From the NCBI GenBank assembly GCA_035575695.1, contig DATLXP010000078.1:1838-65837 (forward strand): DNA of 64,000 nt, read 5' to 3'. Positions 47,601-55,167 of this stretch are shown here, one piece after another; the first letter of the stretch is position 1; each line of letters begins with the position of its first letter. A model generated the notes under the pieces. It was not told where the DNA came from. It saw only the letters and a list, made by a program, of their open reading frames with translations, and did no database searches. The position numbers and the translations under genes were made by a program. This stretch comes from Vicinamibacterales bacterium. GTDB taxonomy: Bacteria; Acidobacteriota; Vicinamibacteria; Vicinamibacterales; 2-12-FULL-66-21.

Positions 47601-47697
47601 CGTCGTCAAGAAAACCACCTACTTCTATCGCGTGCGCGCGGCCAATGGCGGGGCGCGGTCGGCGTATACGAACGTCGCCAGCGTGACGGTGAAGTAG
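44683..47697 (+). CDS. Large secreted BNR/Asp-box (sialidase-like beta-propeller) protein with PPC-like N-terminal and FN3 C-terminal domains
   Basis: TTG at 44683 follows GGAGGA and gives a signal-like N-terminus. Asp-box repeats: SLDGGRTY, SADSGITW, SRDKGQTW, TYDGGATW. Two FN3-like modules (LSWSTPDDGGSPITGYRVYRN; LAWADNSSNETAFIIERS). The ORF track starts the ORF at 44566. Confidence 0.7.
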   Translation: MNTPSCRRRAVLIHAMVAVTFAGLLQASTPSSGTIATPSDESLGPKQTLTFTSGPFVAGTLAGTQVKDTVAICTQAVTPPGVCDVFAVNFNLPDGYWGTRRGTLSATVKWADAPDGNDMDLYIVDEQGKIVASSTTSNTQSASETASFTNPGTGPRTYRVVVVNWLSPVPINSAAGTVTFSLVAPPTALPPEPTQPSYAPRFFNYKPPSGLGETAGEPTLGVNFKSGNVMFIALLETLRASFDDSSSPAKAQWFNRSFITTGTRTNDPILFTDSSTGRTLVSQLIFPTKQSLSAFTDDDGESWEISQGSGINSGVDHQTIGGGRFGAGLGSIDPDYPNAVYYAAQDIAVAEFATSLDGGRTYGPAVPMYALTDCAGLHGHIKVSPADGAAYIPLGSCVAKGIGQQAVAFSADSGITWSIRRVNGTKASTWDPAVGVGKAGTVYFGYGDNGDRIPRVAVSRDKGQTWTIGPDLGAAHGIKRIAFPAMVAGDDDRAAYTFLGTRNEGEALGSGSGFEGTWQLYVSTTYDGGATWVTVNATGDDPVQRGNICDAGFSCPSTPDTRNLVDFMDAQIDARGRILAGYADGCVSAGCISGADKNRDGFLDARDNDATDKAAIARQSGGLGLLAAFDAPAVAAPAAPQLTAALQGQAAYLSWSTPDDGGSPITGYRVYRNDAAVASVGAGVNTYTDGSSSATTGYRVSAINAAGEGARSAAVFPTVPASGCSLPGMLVAEDTIDNLPNKPLQPAVDVKTTHVAEPYGDGTGRLHFTVATGGGALPPNSQWYVIWQRTTPDTTHDRNYVAMRSNVLGALSFEHGRVSYPVSTSGPAPNQGNVPTRFGAATGSYDGATGAIRITVPTASVDNVSAGASLLGIEVRTFLGRNDSLPISQSVSSDFSPAGSYTMVGNASCQLAPEAPTALTATATSGKRTVQLAWADNSSNETAFIIERSASLSDSFVELATVGANVTTYTDATVVKKTTYFYRVRAANGGARSAYTNVASVTVK

Positions 47698-47700
47698 AGG

Positions 47701-48243
47701 ATGGTCGTTTCGTTCGCCATCGTCTGGCTTGTGGCTGGGGCCGCCTTCACGGCGTCCCCGGCGCAGCCTGCGGCGGCGAGCCTGGATGTGTGCACCCTGC
47801 TCGGCGCGGAGGATATCCGCGCCGTGCAGGGTGTTGCGTTGAAGGATCGAAGGAAGAGCAGTGAAAACGTCCGGGGCCTGGATTTCGCGCAATGCTTTTT
47901 CGCGGCGGGGGACTTTACCAGGTCCGTCAGCCTGACGGTCATCTCGGGGGACGCGAAAGGCGGCGCGCGAGGCTACTGGCAGGACGCCTTCCATCGGCGC
48001 CCGCCGGTGCCTCCGGCCGCAGCGCCGGCAGGCGGCAGAAAAAAAGAACCGCCTCGATCGATCGAGGGGGCCGGTGACGAGGCCTTCTGGACCGGCGATG
48101 CACGCGCGGGGGCGCTCTATGTTCTCAGCGGCGACCGGGTCCTGCGGATCAGCGTCGGCGGCGTGACGGATCCGAACGAACGGCTGCGCCGGAGCACCAC
48201 GCTCGCGAAGGTCGCGCTGGAGGCGTTACCCCGCAAGCGCTAG
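47701..48243 (+). CDS. Hypothetical secreted protein
   Basis: 180 aa with an N-terminal hydrophobic signal (FAIVWLVAGAAFTASPA). Starts 4 nt after the preceding stop. No recognisable family. Confidence 0.5.
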   Translation: MVVSFAIVWLVAGAAFTASPAQPAAASLDVCTLLGAEDIRAVQGVALKDRRKSSENVRGLDFAQCFFAAGDFTRSVSLTVISGDAKGGARGYWQDAFHRRPPVPPAAAPAGGRKKEPPRSIEGAGDEAFWTGDARAGALYVLSGDRVLRISVGGVTDPNERLRRSTTLAKVALEALPRKR

Positions 48244-48354
48244 CGGAGGCCGTCACCCCTTCCGCCGCCCCTTCTTCGCCAAAAGTAGCGAAACCACCTA
48301 CGATGGAAGAGGTCGTCACGTTGCTGGCCGAGATCGCCGGGCAGAAGGGGAGCG

Positions 48355-48900
48355 GTGGAGTTTCAATTTGACGACGCTCTGCCCGTGCTGCGGCGGACCC
48401 CCGCCGTTCTGCGCGAGCTGCTCCTGGACCTGCCACGCCCGTGGACTGGCGCCACCGAGGGGCCCGGCACCTGGAGTCCGTTCGACGTCGTCGGGCACCT
48501 GATCCACGGCGAGCGCACCGACTGGATGCCGCGCGTCGAACACCTCCTGCGACACGGCGACACCGTCCCCTTCCCGGTATTCGATCGCGAGGCGATGTTC
48601 GCCGAGTCCCAGGGGCTGGCGCTCGGTGAACTCCTGGACACCTTCGCTCGATCACGGACCGAGAGCCTGGACCGCCTGATGGCGCTGGGCCTGACGGGGG
48701 CCGACCTGACCCGTCGCGGCAGGCACCCGGAGTTCGGTGTCGTGACATTGGGGCAACACCTCGCGACATGGGTGGCCCACGACCTGAGTCACGTGGGGCA
48801 GGTGGTTCGGGTGATGGCGCGTCAATATTCGACGGCCGTTGGACCGTGGCAGGCCTATCTCCCGATCCTGGGCCCGAAGGGCCTCACCGGGAACACCTGA
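48355..48900 (+). CDS. DinB-superfamily (DinB_2-like) protein
   Basis: GTG start. A His triad pattern spread over a four-helix layout (VVGHLIHGE ... HDLSHVGQV) is typical of DinB/YfiT-like metalloproteins. Confidence 0.7.
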   Translation: MEFQFDDALPVLRRTPAVLRELLLDLPRPWTGATEGPGTWSPFDVVGHLIHGERTDWMPRVEHLLRHGDTVPFPVFDREAMFAESQGLALGELLDTFARSRTESLDRLMALGLTGADLTRRGRHPEFGVVTLGQHLATWVAHDLSHVGQVVRVMARQYSTAVGPWQAYLPILGPKGLTGNT

Positions 48901-48929
48901 TTCGCCCTAACTCCCATTCCTGCTAGAAT
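48901..48929 (+). promoter_or_regulatory. Sigma-70-type promoter candidate (TTCGCC - 17 nt - TGcTAGAAT extended -10)
   Basis: TAGAAT at 48924-48929 preceded by TG at 48921-48922, with TTCGCC at 48901-48906, about 48 nt upstream of the accC ATG. Confidence 0.4.
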
Positions 48930-48976
48930 TAACCGCCAGACGCCACCGCTCGCGCGACCGACATTTTGATCCCGTC

Positions 48977-50494
48977 ATGAAAGTTCTGATCGCCAATCGC
49001 GGGGAGATCGCTGTCCGCATCATCCGCGCGTGCCGGGAGATGGGGATCCCGACGGTCGCCGTCTATTCGGACTGCGATCGCGATTCCCGCCACGTCCGAG
49101 ACGCCGACCAGGCGATACACCTCGGACCGAACCCCGCGTCGGAGAGCTATCTGCGCATCGACAAGATCATCGATGCGGCGCAGCGTTCCGGCGCTGATGC
49201 CGTGCATCCAGGCTATGGCTTCCTTGCCGAGAACGCCGCGTTCGCGCAGGCCTGCGTCGACGCGGGCCTCACCTTCATCGGTCCGTCCGCCGAGGCGATC
49301 AGGTTGATGGGCAGCAAGACGGCGGCGCGCTCCGCCGCGATCAAGGCGGGTGTGCCGGTCGTGCCCGGGACCGAGCAGCCGTTCTCAGCCGCCGCGACAG
49401 ACGAAGCGATCGTCTCCGCCGCGGCGAAGGTGGGCTTCCCTCTCGTCGTGAAGGCGGTCGCTGGGGGGGGCGGCAAGGGGATGCGCACGGTCGATCGCGC
49501 CGAGGACCTCCTGCCCGCGGTCCGAACCGCGCGCTCGGAAGCAGGCTCCGCCTTCGGCGACAGCGCCGTATATTTCGAGCGGCGCATCGTAAAGCCCCGT
49601 CACATCGAGATCCAGCTGCTCGGCGACCACCACGGGACGATCATCCCCTTCGTCGAGCGCGAATGCTCGATCCAGCGTCGTCATCAGAAAGTCGTCGAAG
49701 AGTCGCCGTCCATGGCGGTATCACCGGCGCTTCGTCGAGAGATCGCCGCGGCGGCGGCGGCTGTCGCGAAAACGGTCCGCTATACCAACGCCGGGACGAT
49801 CGAGTTCCTGCTCGATGCCGACGGATCCTTCTACTTCCTCGAAATGAACACGCGGCTCCAGGTCGAACACCCGGTCACCGAGATGGTGACGAGCATCGAC
49901 CTCGTCCACTGGCAGATCCGCATCGCCCGAGGCGAACGGCTCGACATCGATCCTGAAGACGCGCTGACACCGACAGGGCACGCGATCGAGTGCCGCATCT
50001 ACGCAGAGGATCCCGACCTCGGCTTCATGCCGTCCCCGGGCATGATCCGCGGCCTGCGACCGGCCTCCGGCCCCGGTATCCGCGACGATGGGGGGGTTGG
50101 CGCGGGCTATACGGTCCCCGTGTTCTACGACTCGTTGATTGCGAAACTGGTGGCGTGGGCCGGCACCCGCGACGAGTCGATCGCGCGGATGGCGCGGGCG
50201 CTCACCGAATACCAGGTCCTGGGGATCAAGACGACGATCCCGTTCTTTCTCTGGCTCATGCGGCAGCCCTCGTATGCGTCGGGCGAGTACGACACGACCT
50301 ATCTCGACCGGCTCCTGACCGACCGGCAGGGAGAGAGCTTCAGCGATCTCGACGAGACCGAGGAGGATCTCGCCGCCATCGCGGCGGCGCTCGATGCCTA
50401 CCTCCGCGCGACGGCCAGCGCCGGCACGCCTTCCGTCGGCGCGAATACAACGCTGTGGACGCAGGGCGCCAGGCGGGAGGCGCTGCGCGGATGA
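48977..50494 (+). CDS. accC: Biotin carboxylase subunit of acetyl/propionyl-CoA carboxylase
   Basis: MKVLIANRGEIAVRIIRAC, HPGYGFLAEN, GGGGKGMR and EMNTRLQVEHPVTE motifs. Confidence 0.95.
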   Translation: MKVLIANRGEIAVRIIRACREMGIPTVAVYSDCDRDSRHVRDADQAIHLGPNPASESYLRIDKIIDAAQRSGADAVHPGYGFLAENAAFAQACVDAGLTFIGPSAEAIRLMGSKTAARSAAIKAGVPVVPGTEQPFSAAATDEAIVSAAAKVGFPLVVKAVAGGGGKGMRTVDRAEDLLPAVRTARSEAGSAFGDSAVYFERRIVKPRHIEIQLLGDHHGTIIPFVERECSIQRRHQKVVEESPSMAVSPALRREIAAAAAAVAKTVRYTNAGTIEFLLDADGSFYFLEMNTRLQVEHPVTEMVTSIDLVHWQIRIARGERLDIDPEDALTPTGHAIECRIYAEDPDLGFMPSPGMIRGLRPASGPGIRDDGGVGAGYTVPVFYDSLIAKLVAWAGTRDESIARMARALTEYQVLGIKTTIPFFLWLMRQPSYASGEYDTTYLDRLLTDRQGESFSDLDETEEDLAAIAAALDAYLRATASAGTPSVGANTTLWTQGARREALRG

Positions 50495-51006
50495 CGTTCG
50501 AAATCGACATCAACGGACGGACACGCACGGTGTCTATCGAACGAGGCAGCCCCGGGCAGTACCGAGTGACGGTGGACGGCGCGCACCATGATCTCGACGC
50601 GGTGCGGGTCGGCGTGCACGGACTGTCGATGCTGCTCGACGGCGAACACGGCATCAGCCGCGAAGTACAGGTCACGCCGGCCACGGCGCGCGGGGAGCTC
50701 CTGGTCACGCTCAACGGACGCACGGTCGCGGCGACGGTCAACGGACGACGCACCGGGCGGGCGGGGGTGGATGGTGGCGCCGGCCCGCATGGCGAGCAGG
50801 CCATCCTGGCCCCGATGCCGGGCCGCGTCGTTCGCGTCCTCGTCGCCGTCGGAGACGAAGTCGCCGTCCGCCAGGGGGTCATCGTCGTCGAAGCCATGAA
50901 AATGGAGAACGAGCTCCGCTCGCCGAAAGCCGGTCGCGTCAAGGAAGTCAGCGTGACGCCGGGGACGTCCGTCGAGGCCGGTCGCGTTCTTCTCGTCGTC
51001 GAATGA
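50491..51006 (+). CDS. Biotin carboxyl carrier protein (biotinyl/lipoyl domain)
   Basis: The start overlaps the accC stop (ATGA). The C-terminal biotinylation motif VVEAMKMENEL lies within a PMPGRVVRVLV...G lipoyl-like fold. Confidence 0.85.
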   Translation: MTFEIDINGRTRTVSIERGSPGQYRVTVDGAHHDLDAVRVGVHGLSMLLDGEHGISREVQVTPATARGELLVTLNGRTVAATVNGRRTGRAGVDGGAGPHGEQAILAPMPGRVVRVLVAVGDEVAVRQGVIVVEAMKMENELRSPKAGRVKEVSVTPGTSVEAGRVLLVVE

Positions 51007-51009
51007 TCG

Positions 51010-54000
51010 ATGGCCGAGGCACCGCTGGAACCCACCGCGGACGACACCCCGCCGCCACCGGCTGAACCCGGGCGCACGGGGATGGCGCGCGTGCGCGCGC
51101 GGCGTGCGGCCCTGGCCATCCTAGCCCTCGTGACAGCCGTGGTCGCCGCCCTGCTCGTCGCGATTTTCACCGTCGACCTGGGGCCCGAACTACGCGCGCG
51201 CGCGGAGAAAGAGGGCAGCAAATGGCTCGACCGCCCCATGCACATCGGCAGCGTCAAGGCGCTCCTGCGTCCGGGTGAATTCGAATTCCGCGACGTCGTC
51301 ATCGAAGGGCTCACGCCTGCGGACCGTCCCTTCCTGACGGCGAAGAAGATCACGGTGTCGCTGCCCTGGTGGACGGCGTTCAACAAGCGCCTCGTCATCG
51401 AGTCGATCGAGATGACCGACTGGCACATGGTCATCGAGAACTTTCCGAAGGGGCGGCACAACTTTCCGCGCGTCAAAGGCCCTCCGAAGCCGCCGCGCAC
51501 GGGGCCCAAGACGTTCTTCACGACGCTGCGGCAGGTGCTCGCCTCACGCGGGCGCTTCACGTATGTCGATCACACGACACCGTGGAGCATCGACGCACCG
51601 AACGCGCGCATGACCTACTTCCGGCGTGACGCGCGCCAGGATTACGGCGGGACCATCGCGTTCGACGATGGGACGGTGCGTGTGCAGACGTACGAGCCCT
51701 TCGGCGCGTCGATGACATCGAGCTTCAGCCAGAGCGGCGGCAAGGTGCATTTCGACCGGATCGACTTGCTGAGTGAAGGGGCGCGCTCAGTGCTGGACGG
51801 GGACGTCGATCTCGACCGATGGCCCGAACAGATCTACCGCATCACATCGAAGATCGACATCGCTCCGCAGAAGAACATTTATTTTCACAAGGACAAGTTC
51901 GACGCCGCCGGTGACGCGGAGTTCGAGGGGACGTTCCACTACTTCAAGGGTGGCCGCGAGCTGAAGGGGACGTGGAAGACCCCGCTGGCGCGCGTGAAGC
52001 TCGGCGCGAATACCTGGGCGTTCACGAACGTCCGCGGCAAGGTGCTGTGGGTGCCGTCCACCCTCGAAGTGACGGAGACGACGAGCCACCTCTACGGAGG
52101 CACGGCGCGGTTCGATTACCGCATCCTGTCGATGGATCAGAAGTCGGGACCGAAACGGTCGGTGTGGGACGTGAAGTATCAGAACCTCGAGCTACCGCAG
52201 CTGACCGACGCGGTGAAGACGGAAGGCATTCGGCTCGGCGGCACGATCAGCGGACGGCACCGGCTCGAGTGGCCGATCGGCAAATGGGCGATGCTCCGCG
52301 GCGAGGGGGAGCTCTTCGCGCAGCCACCGCCCGGCAGTTCGATGATGGCGCGCGAGTTGCGCGCCGAGCGTGTGGCGGGTCAATCGGAGCTACCGAAAGA
52401 GGCAGGGCCGTTCAACCCGCGCGCACCTCTGGGCTACGTGCCGGTCGCCGCGCACCTCGTGTACCGGCTCGACCCCGAGTGGATCACACTCCAGAAGAGT
52501 TGGGCCGCCACCGGAAAGACGTACGTCGAGTTCGAGGGGAAGACGGCCTACTATCAGCGCTCGAGGATCCCGTTTCATGTGACGAGCCTCGACTGGCAGG
52601 AGGCTGACCGCGTCTTTGCCGGCATCCTGACGGCCTTCGGATCGCCGACCAGTGCCGTGGCGATCGGCGGGCTCGGTGAGTTCGACGGCGTGCTGCTCAA
52701 CGCGTTTGCGAAGCCGCGCATCGAGGGCACCTTCAGCGGCGAACACCTGACCGCGTTCGACGTCGACTGGGGTCGCGGTTCCGGGAAGATAATCGTTGAG
52801 AACAACTACGCGCTCGTGAGCGAGAGCTCCCTGCGGAAGGGGAACGCGGAGATCAAGGCGGAGGGGAAGTTCTCCCTCGGCTATCCGCGGCGGGACGGCG
52901 GCGAGCAGGTCAACGCGCGCATCCGGATGACCCGCTGGCCGATGCCGGATCTGCGGCACGCGTTCGCGCTGGACGACTGGCCCGTCGATGGAGCGGTGTC
53001 GGGCGAGTACCATCTCTACGGGAACTACGAGACGCCCTACGGGTTCGGCCGCGTCGCCGTGACCGACGGCATCGCCTACGGTGAAACGTTCGACCGTTTC
53101 AGCGGCCCGCTTGGCTTCGAAGGGAACGGCGTGCGCCTCGAATCGTTCCAGATCCAGAAGAGCACGGGCTCTGTCACCGGAGCCGCCTGGGTGGGCTGGG
53201 ACGGCAACTATTCGTTCAACGCCGACGGGCGCCGCATCCCCGTGGAATCCATGAAGCTCGTCGCGTTTCCGAAGGCGCCGCTCTCCGGGCTCATGCAGTT
53301 CAGCGCGTCCGGCACGGGCACATTCGAGGTGCCCCGGTACGACGTGAAGGTGCGGATCGACGACCTCTTTGCCGGGGATGAAGGCATCGGGCATGTCACC
53401 GGCCAGATCGGGCTGCGCGGGGAGCAGGCGACCGTGAGCTTCGATGCGGCATCGGCGCGGCTCGCGGTGTCCGGCGCCGGTCGCGTCGCACTGACCGACA
53501 CCATGAACGCCGACATGACGCTGCGATTCAGCGACACGTCACTCGACCCGTACCTGCGATTCTTCGAGCCGCGACTCTCACCGTTCACGAACGCGGTCGC
53601 GGGCGGCACCATTCGCGTGAGCGGCGAGTTGATGGACGTCGATCGCCTCGTCGTCGCCGCGCGCATCGAGCAGCTCGACCTGAAGCTCTTCGATTATCAG
53701 CTTCGCAATAAGGGCCCGATCGAGCTGTCGCTCGACCAGCACGTGGCAAAGATCGGGCAGCTCAGGCTCGAAGGAGAGGGGACAGCACTCGACGTTACGG
53801 GGAGCGTCAGCCTCCACGACAGTACGATCAACGTGACCGCGGCAGGCGATGCCAACCTCGGCATCCTGCAGGGTTTCTACCGCGACATCCGGAGCTCCGG
53901 CGCCGCCACGCTGCGCGCCGATGTGTCGGGCCCCCTCAGCAAGCCGGTGTTTTCAGGAAGCGCGGGGGTGACGAACGGACGGGTCCGGTACCTGGCGCTG

Positions 54001-55167
54001 CCGCATGCGCTCGAGGCCATCAACGGGACGTTGTCGTTCGATGCCGGCGGGATCCGGGTGAACGATGTCCGCGCGCGCATGGCGAGCGGCGACATTGTCT
54101 TCGGCGGGCGTATCGGGATGAACGGGTTCGTGCCGGGAGAGCTGAGCCTGACGGCCACGGGCGAGAACATGCACCTCCGGTATCCAGAAGGATTCCCGTC
54201 GACGATCGATGCCGACCTGGCGCTCCGCGGCACGCCCGCGGCACCCGTGCTGTCGGGGAGGGTCACCGTGCGCGACGCGCTGTGGTCCAGGCGCTTCGAG
54301 ACGACCCCGGACCTGTTCAACTTTAGCGTCCAAGGCCCCCTCGTTCTCGCCGCACCTCCCGCCGCGTCGTCCATTCCGCTGCGGCTCGACATCCAGATCG
54401 ACGCCCCTTCGTCCCTGCGTATCGAGAACAACCTCGCGCGGCTGAGGGCCAAGGCGAACCTGGAACTGCGAGGCACGTACGATCGTCCGCTGCTGTTCGG
54501 GCGCGCGGAGATCGATCGCGGGGACGTGCTGTTCGAAGGTAATCGGTACGTCGTGACGCGCGGAACCATCGATTTCTCGAATCCCGTGCGGATCGAGCCG
54601 TACGTCGACATCGAGGCCGAAACACGCATCCGCGTCCCGCGCGAGAGCCAGGCCTACCGCGTGACGATCGGCTTCAGCGGAACAACCAGTCGCTTCACCT
54701 ACACGCTGAACTCCGACCCGCCCCTGCCGGAGGTCGACATCGTGTCGCTGCTCTTCGGGCAGGCCACCGACGTGCAGAATGCCGAGCTCCGCGTGCTCGA
54801 TCCGACCAAGGGCGCGCAGTCGGAGACCGACCTGCTGAAGGCGCTGTCGTCGCGGCTCCTCGCGAGCCCCATCTCCGCGCCGGTCGGGCGAGTCGTCGAA
54901 CAGACGCTCGGCGTGGATACCGTGCAGATCACCCCGAACATCGGGTCCGATACGGATCCCTTCGCGCCGTCTGCCAGACTGGTCATAGCCAAGCGCCTCT
55001 CCAACCGCGCGTACCTGACGTTCGCGCGGCCGCTCGGAACATCGGCGGACCGTCGCGACCAGATCCTCGTGCTCGAGTTCGACCAGAGCGATCGACTCGG
55101 TTTTGTCATCACGTCGAATGGCGATCGGACCTTCGCGCTCGACTTCCGCGTCCGGCACGTCTTCTGA
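51010..55167 (+). CDS. tamB: TamB-like translocation and assembly module protein (AsmA-like, DUF490 C-terminus)
   Basis: 1385 aa. N-terminal membrane anchor (ILALVTAVVAALLVAIFTV), long beta-rich body, and a C-terminus (RLVIAKRLSNRAYLTF...LVLEFDQSDRLGF) typical of TamB. Confidence 0.8.
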   Translation: MAEAPLEPTADDTPPPPAEPGRTGMARVRARRAALAILALVTAVVAALLVAIFTVDLGPELRARAEKEGSKWLDRPMHIGSVKALLRPGEFEFRDVVIEGLTPADRPFLTAKKITVSLPWWTAFNKRLVIESIEMTDWHMVIENFPKGRHNFPRVKGPPKPPRTGPKTFFTTLRQVLASRGRFTYVDHTTPWSIDAPNARMTYFRRDARQDYGGTIAFDDGTVRVQTYEPFGASMTSSFSQSGGKVHFDRIDLLSEGARSVLDGDVDLDRWPEQIYRITSKIDIAPQKNIYFHKDKFDAAGDAEFEGTFHYFKGGRELKGTWKTPLARVKLGANTWAFTNVRGKVLWVPSTLEVTETTSHLYGGTARFDYRILSMDQKSGPKRSVWDVKYQNLELPQLTDAVKTEGIRLGGTISGRHRLEWPIGKWAMLRGEGELFAQPPPGSSMMARELRAERVAGQSELPKEAGPFNPRAPLGYVPVAAHLVYRLDPEWITLQKSWAATGKTYVEFEGKTAYYQRSRIPFHVTSLDWQEADRVFAGILTAFGSPTSAVAIGGLGEFDGVLLNAFAKPRIEGTFSGEHLTAFDVDWGRGSGKIIVENNYALVSESSLRKGNAEIKAEGKFSLGYPRRDGGEQVNARIRMTRWPMPDLRHAFALDDWPVDGAVSGEYHLYGNYETPYGFGRVAVTDGIAYGETFDRFSGPLGFEGNGVRLESFQIQKSTGSVTGAAWVGWDGNYSFNADGRRIPVESMKLVAFPKAPLSGLMQFSASGTGTFEVPRYDVKVRIDDLFAGDEGIGHVTGQIGLRGEQATVSFDAASARLAVSGAGRVALTDTMNADMTLRFSDTSLDPYLRFFEPRLSPFTNAVAGGTIRVSGELMDVDRLVVAARIEQLDLKLFDYQLRNKGPIELSLDQHVAKIGQLRLEGEGTALDVTGSVSLHDSTINVTAAGDANLGILQGFYRDIRSSGAATLRADVSGPLSKPVFSGSAGVTNGRVRYLALPHALEAINGTLSFDAGGIRVNDVRARMASGDIVFGGRIGMNGFVPGELSLTATGENMHLRYPEGFPSTIDADLALRGTPAAPVLSGRVTVRDALWSRRFETTPDLFNFSVQGPLVLAAPPAASSIPLRLDIQIDAPSSLRIENNLARLRAKANLELRGTYDRPLLFGRAEIDRGDVLFEGNRYVVTRGTIDFSNPVRIEPYVDIEAETRIRVPRESQAYRVTIGFSGTTSRFTYTLNSDPPLPEVDIVSLLFGQATDVQNAELRVLDPTKGAQSETDLLKALSSRLLASPISAPVGRVVEQTLGVDTVQITPNIGSDTDPFAPSARLVIAKRLSNRAYLTFARPLGTSADRRDQILVLEFDQSDRLGFVITSNGDRTFALDFRVRHVF

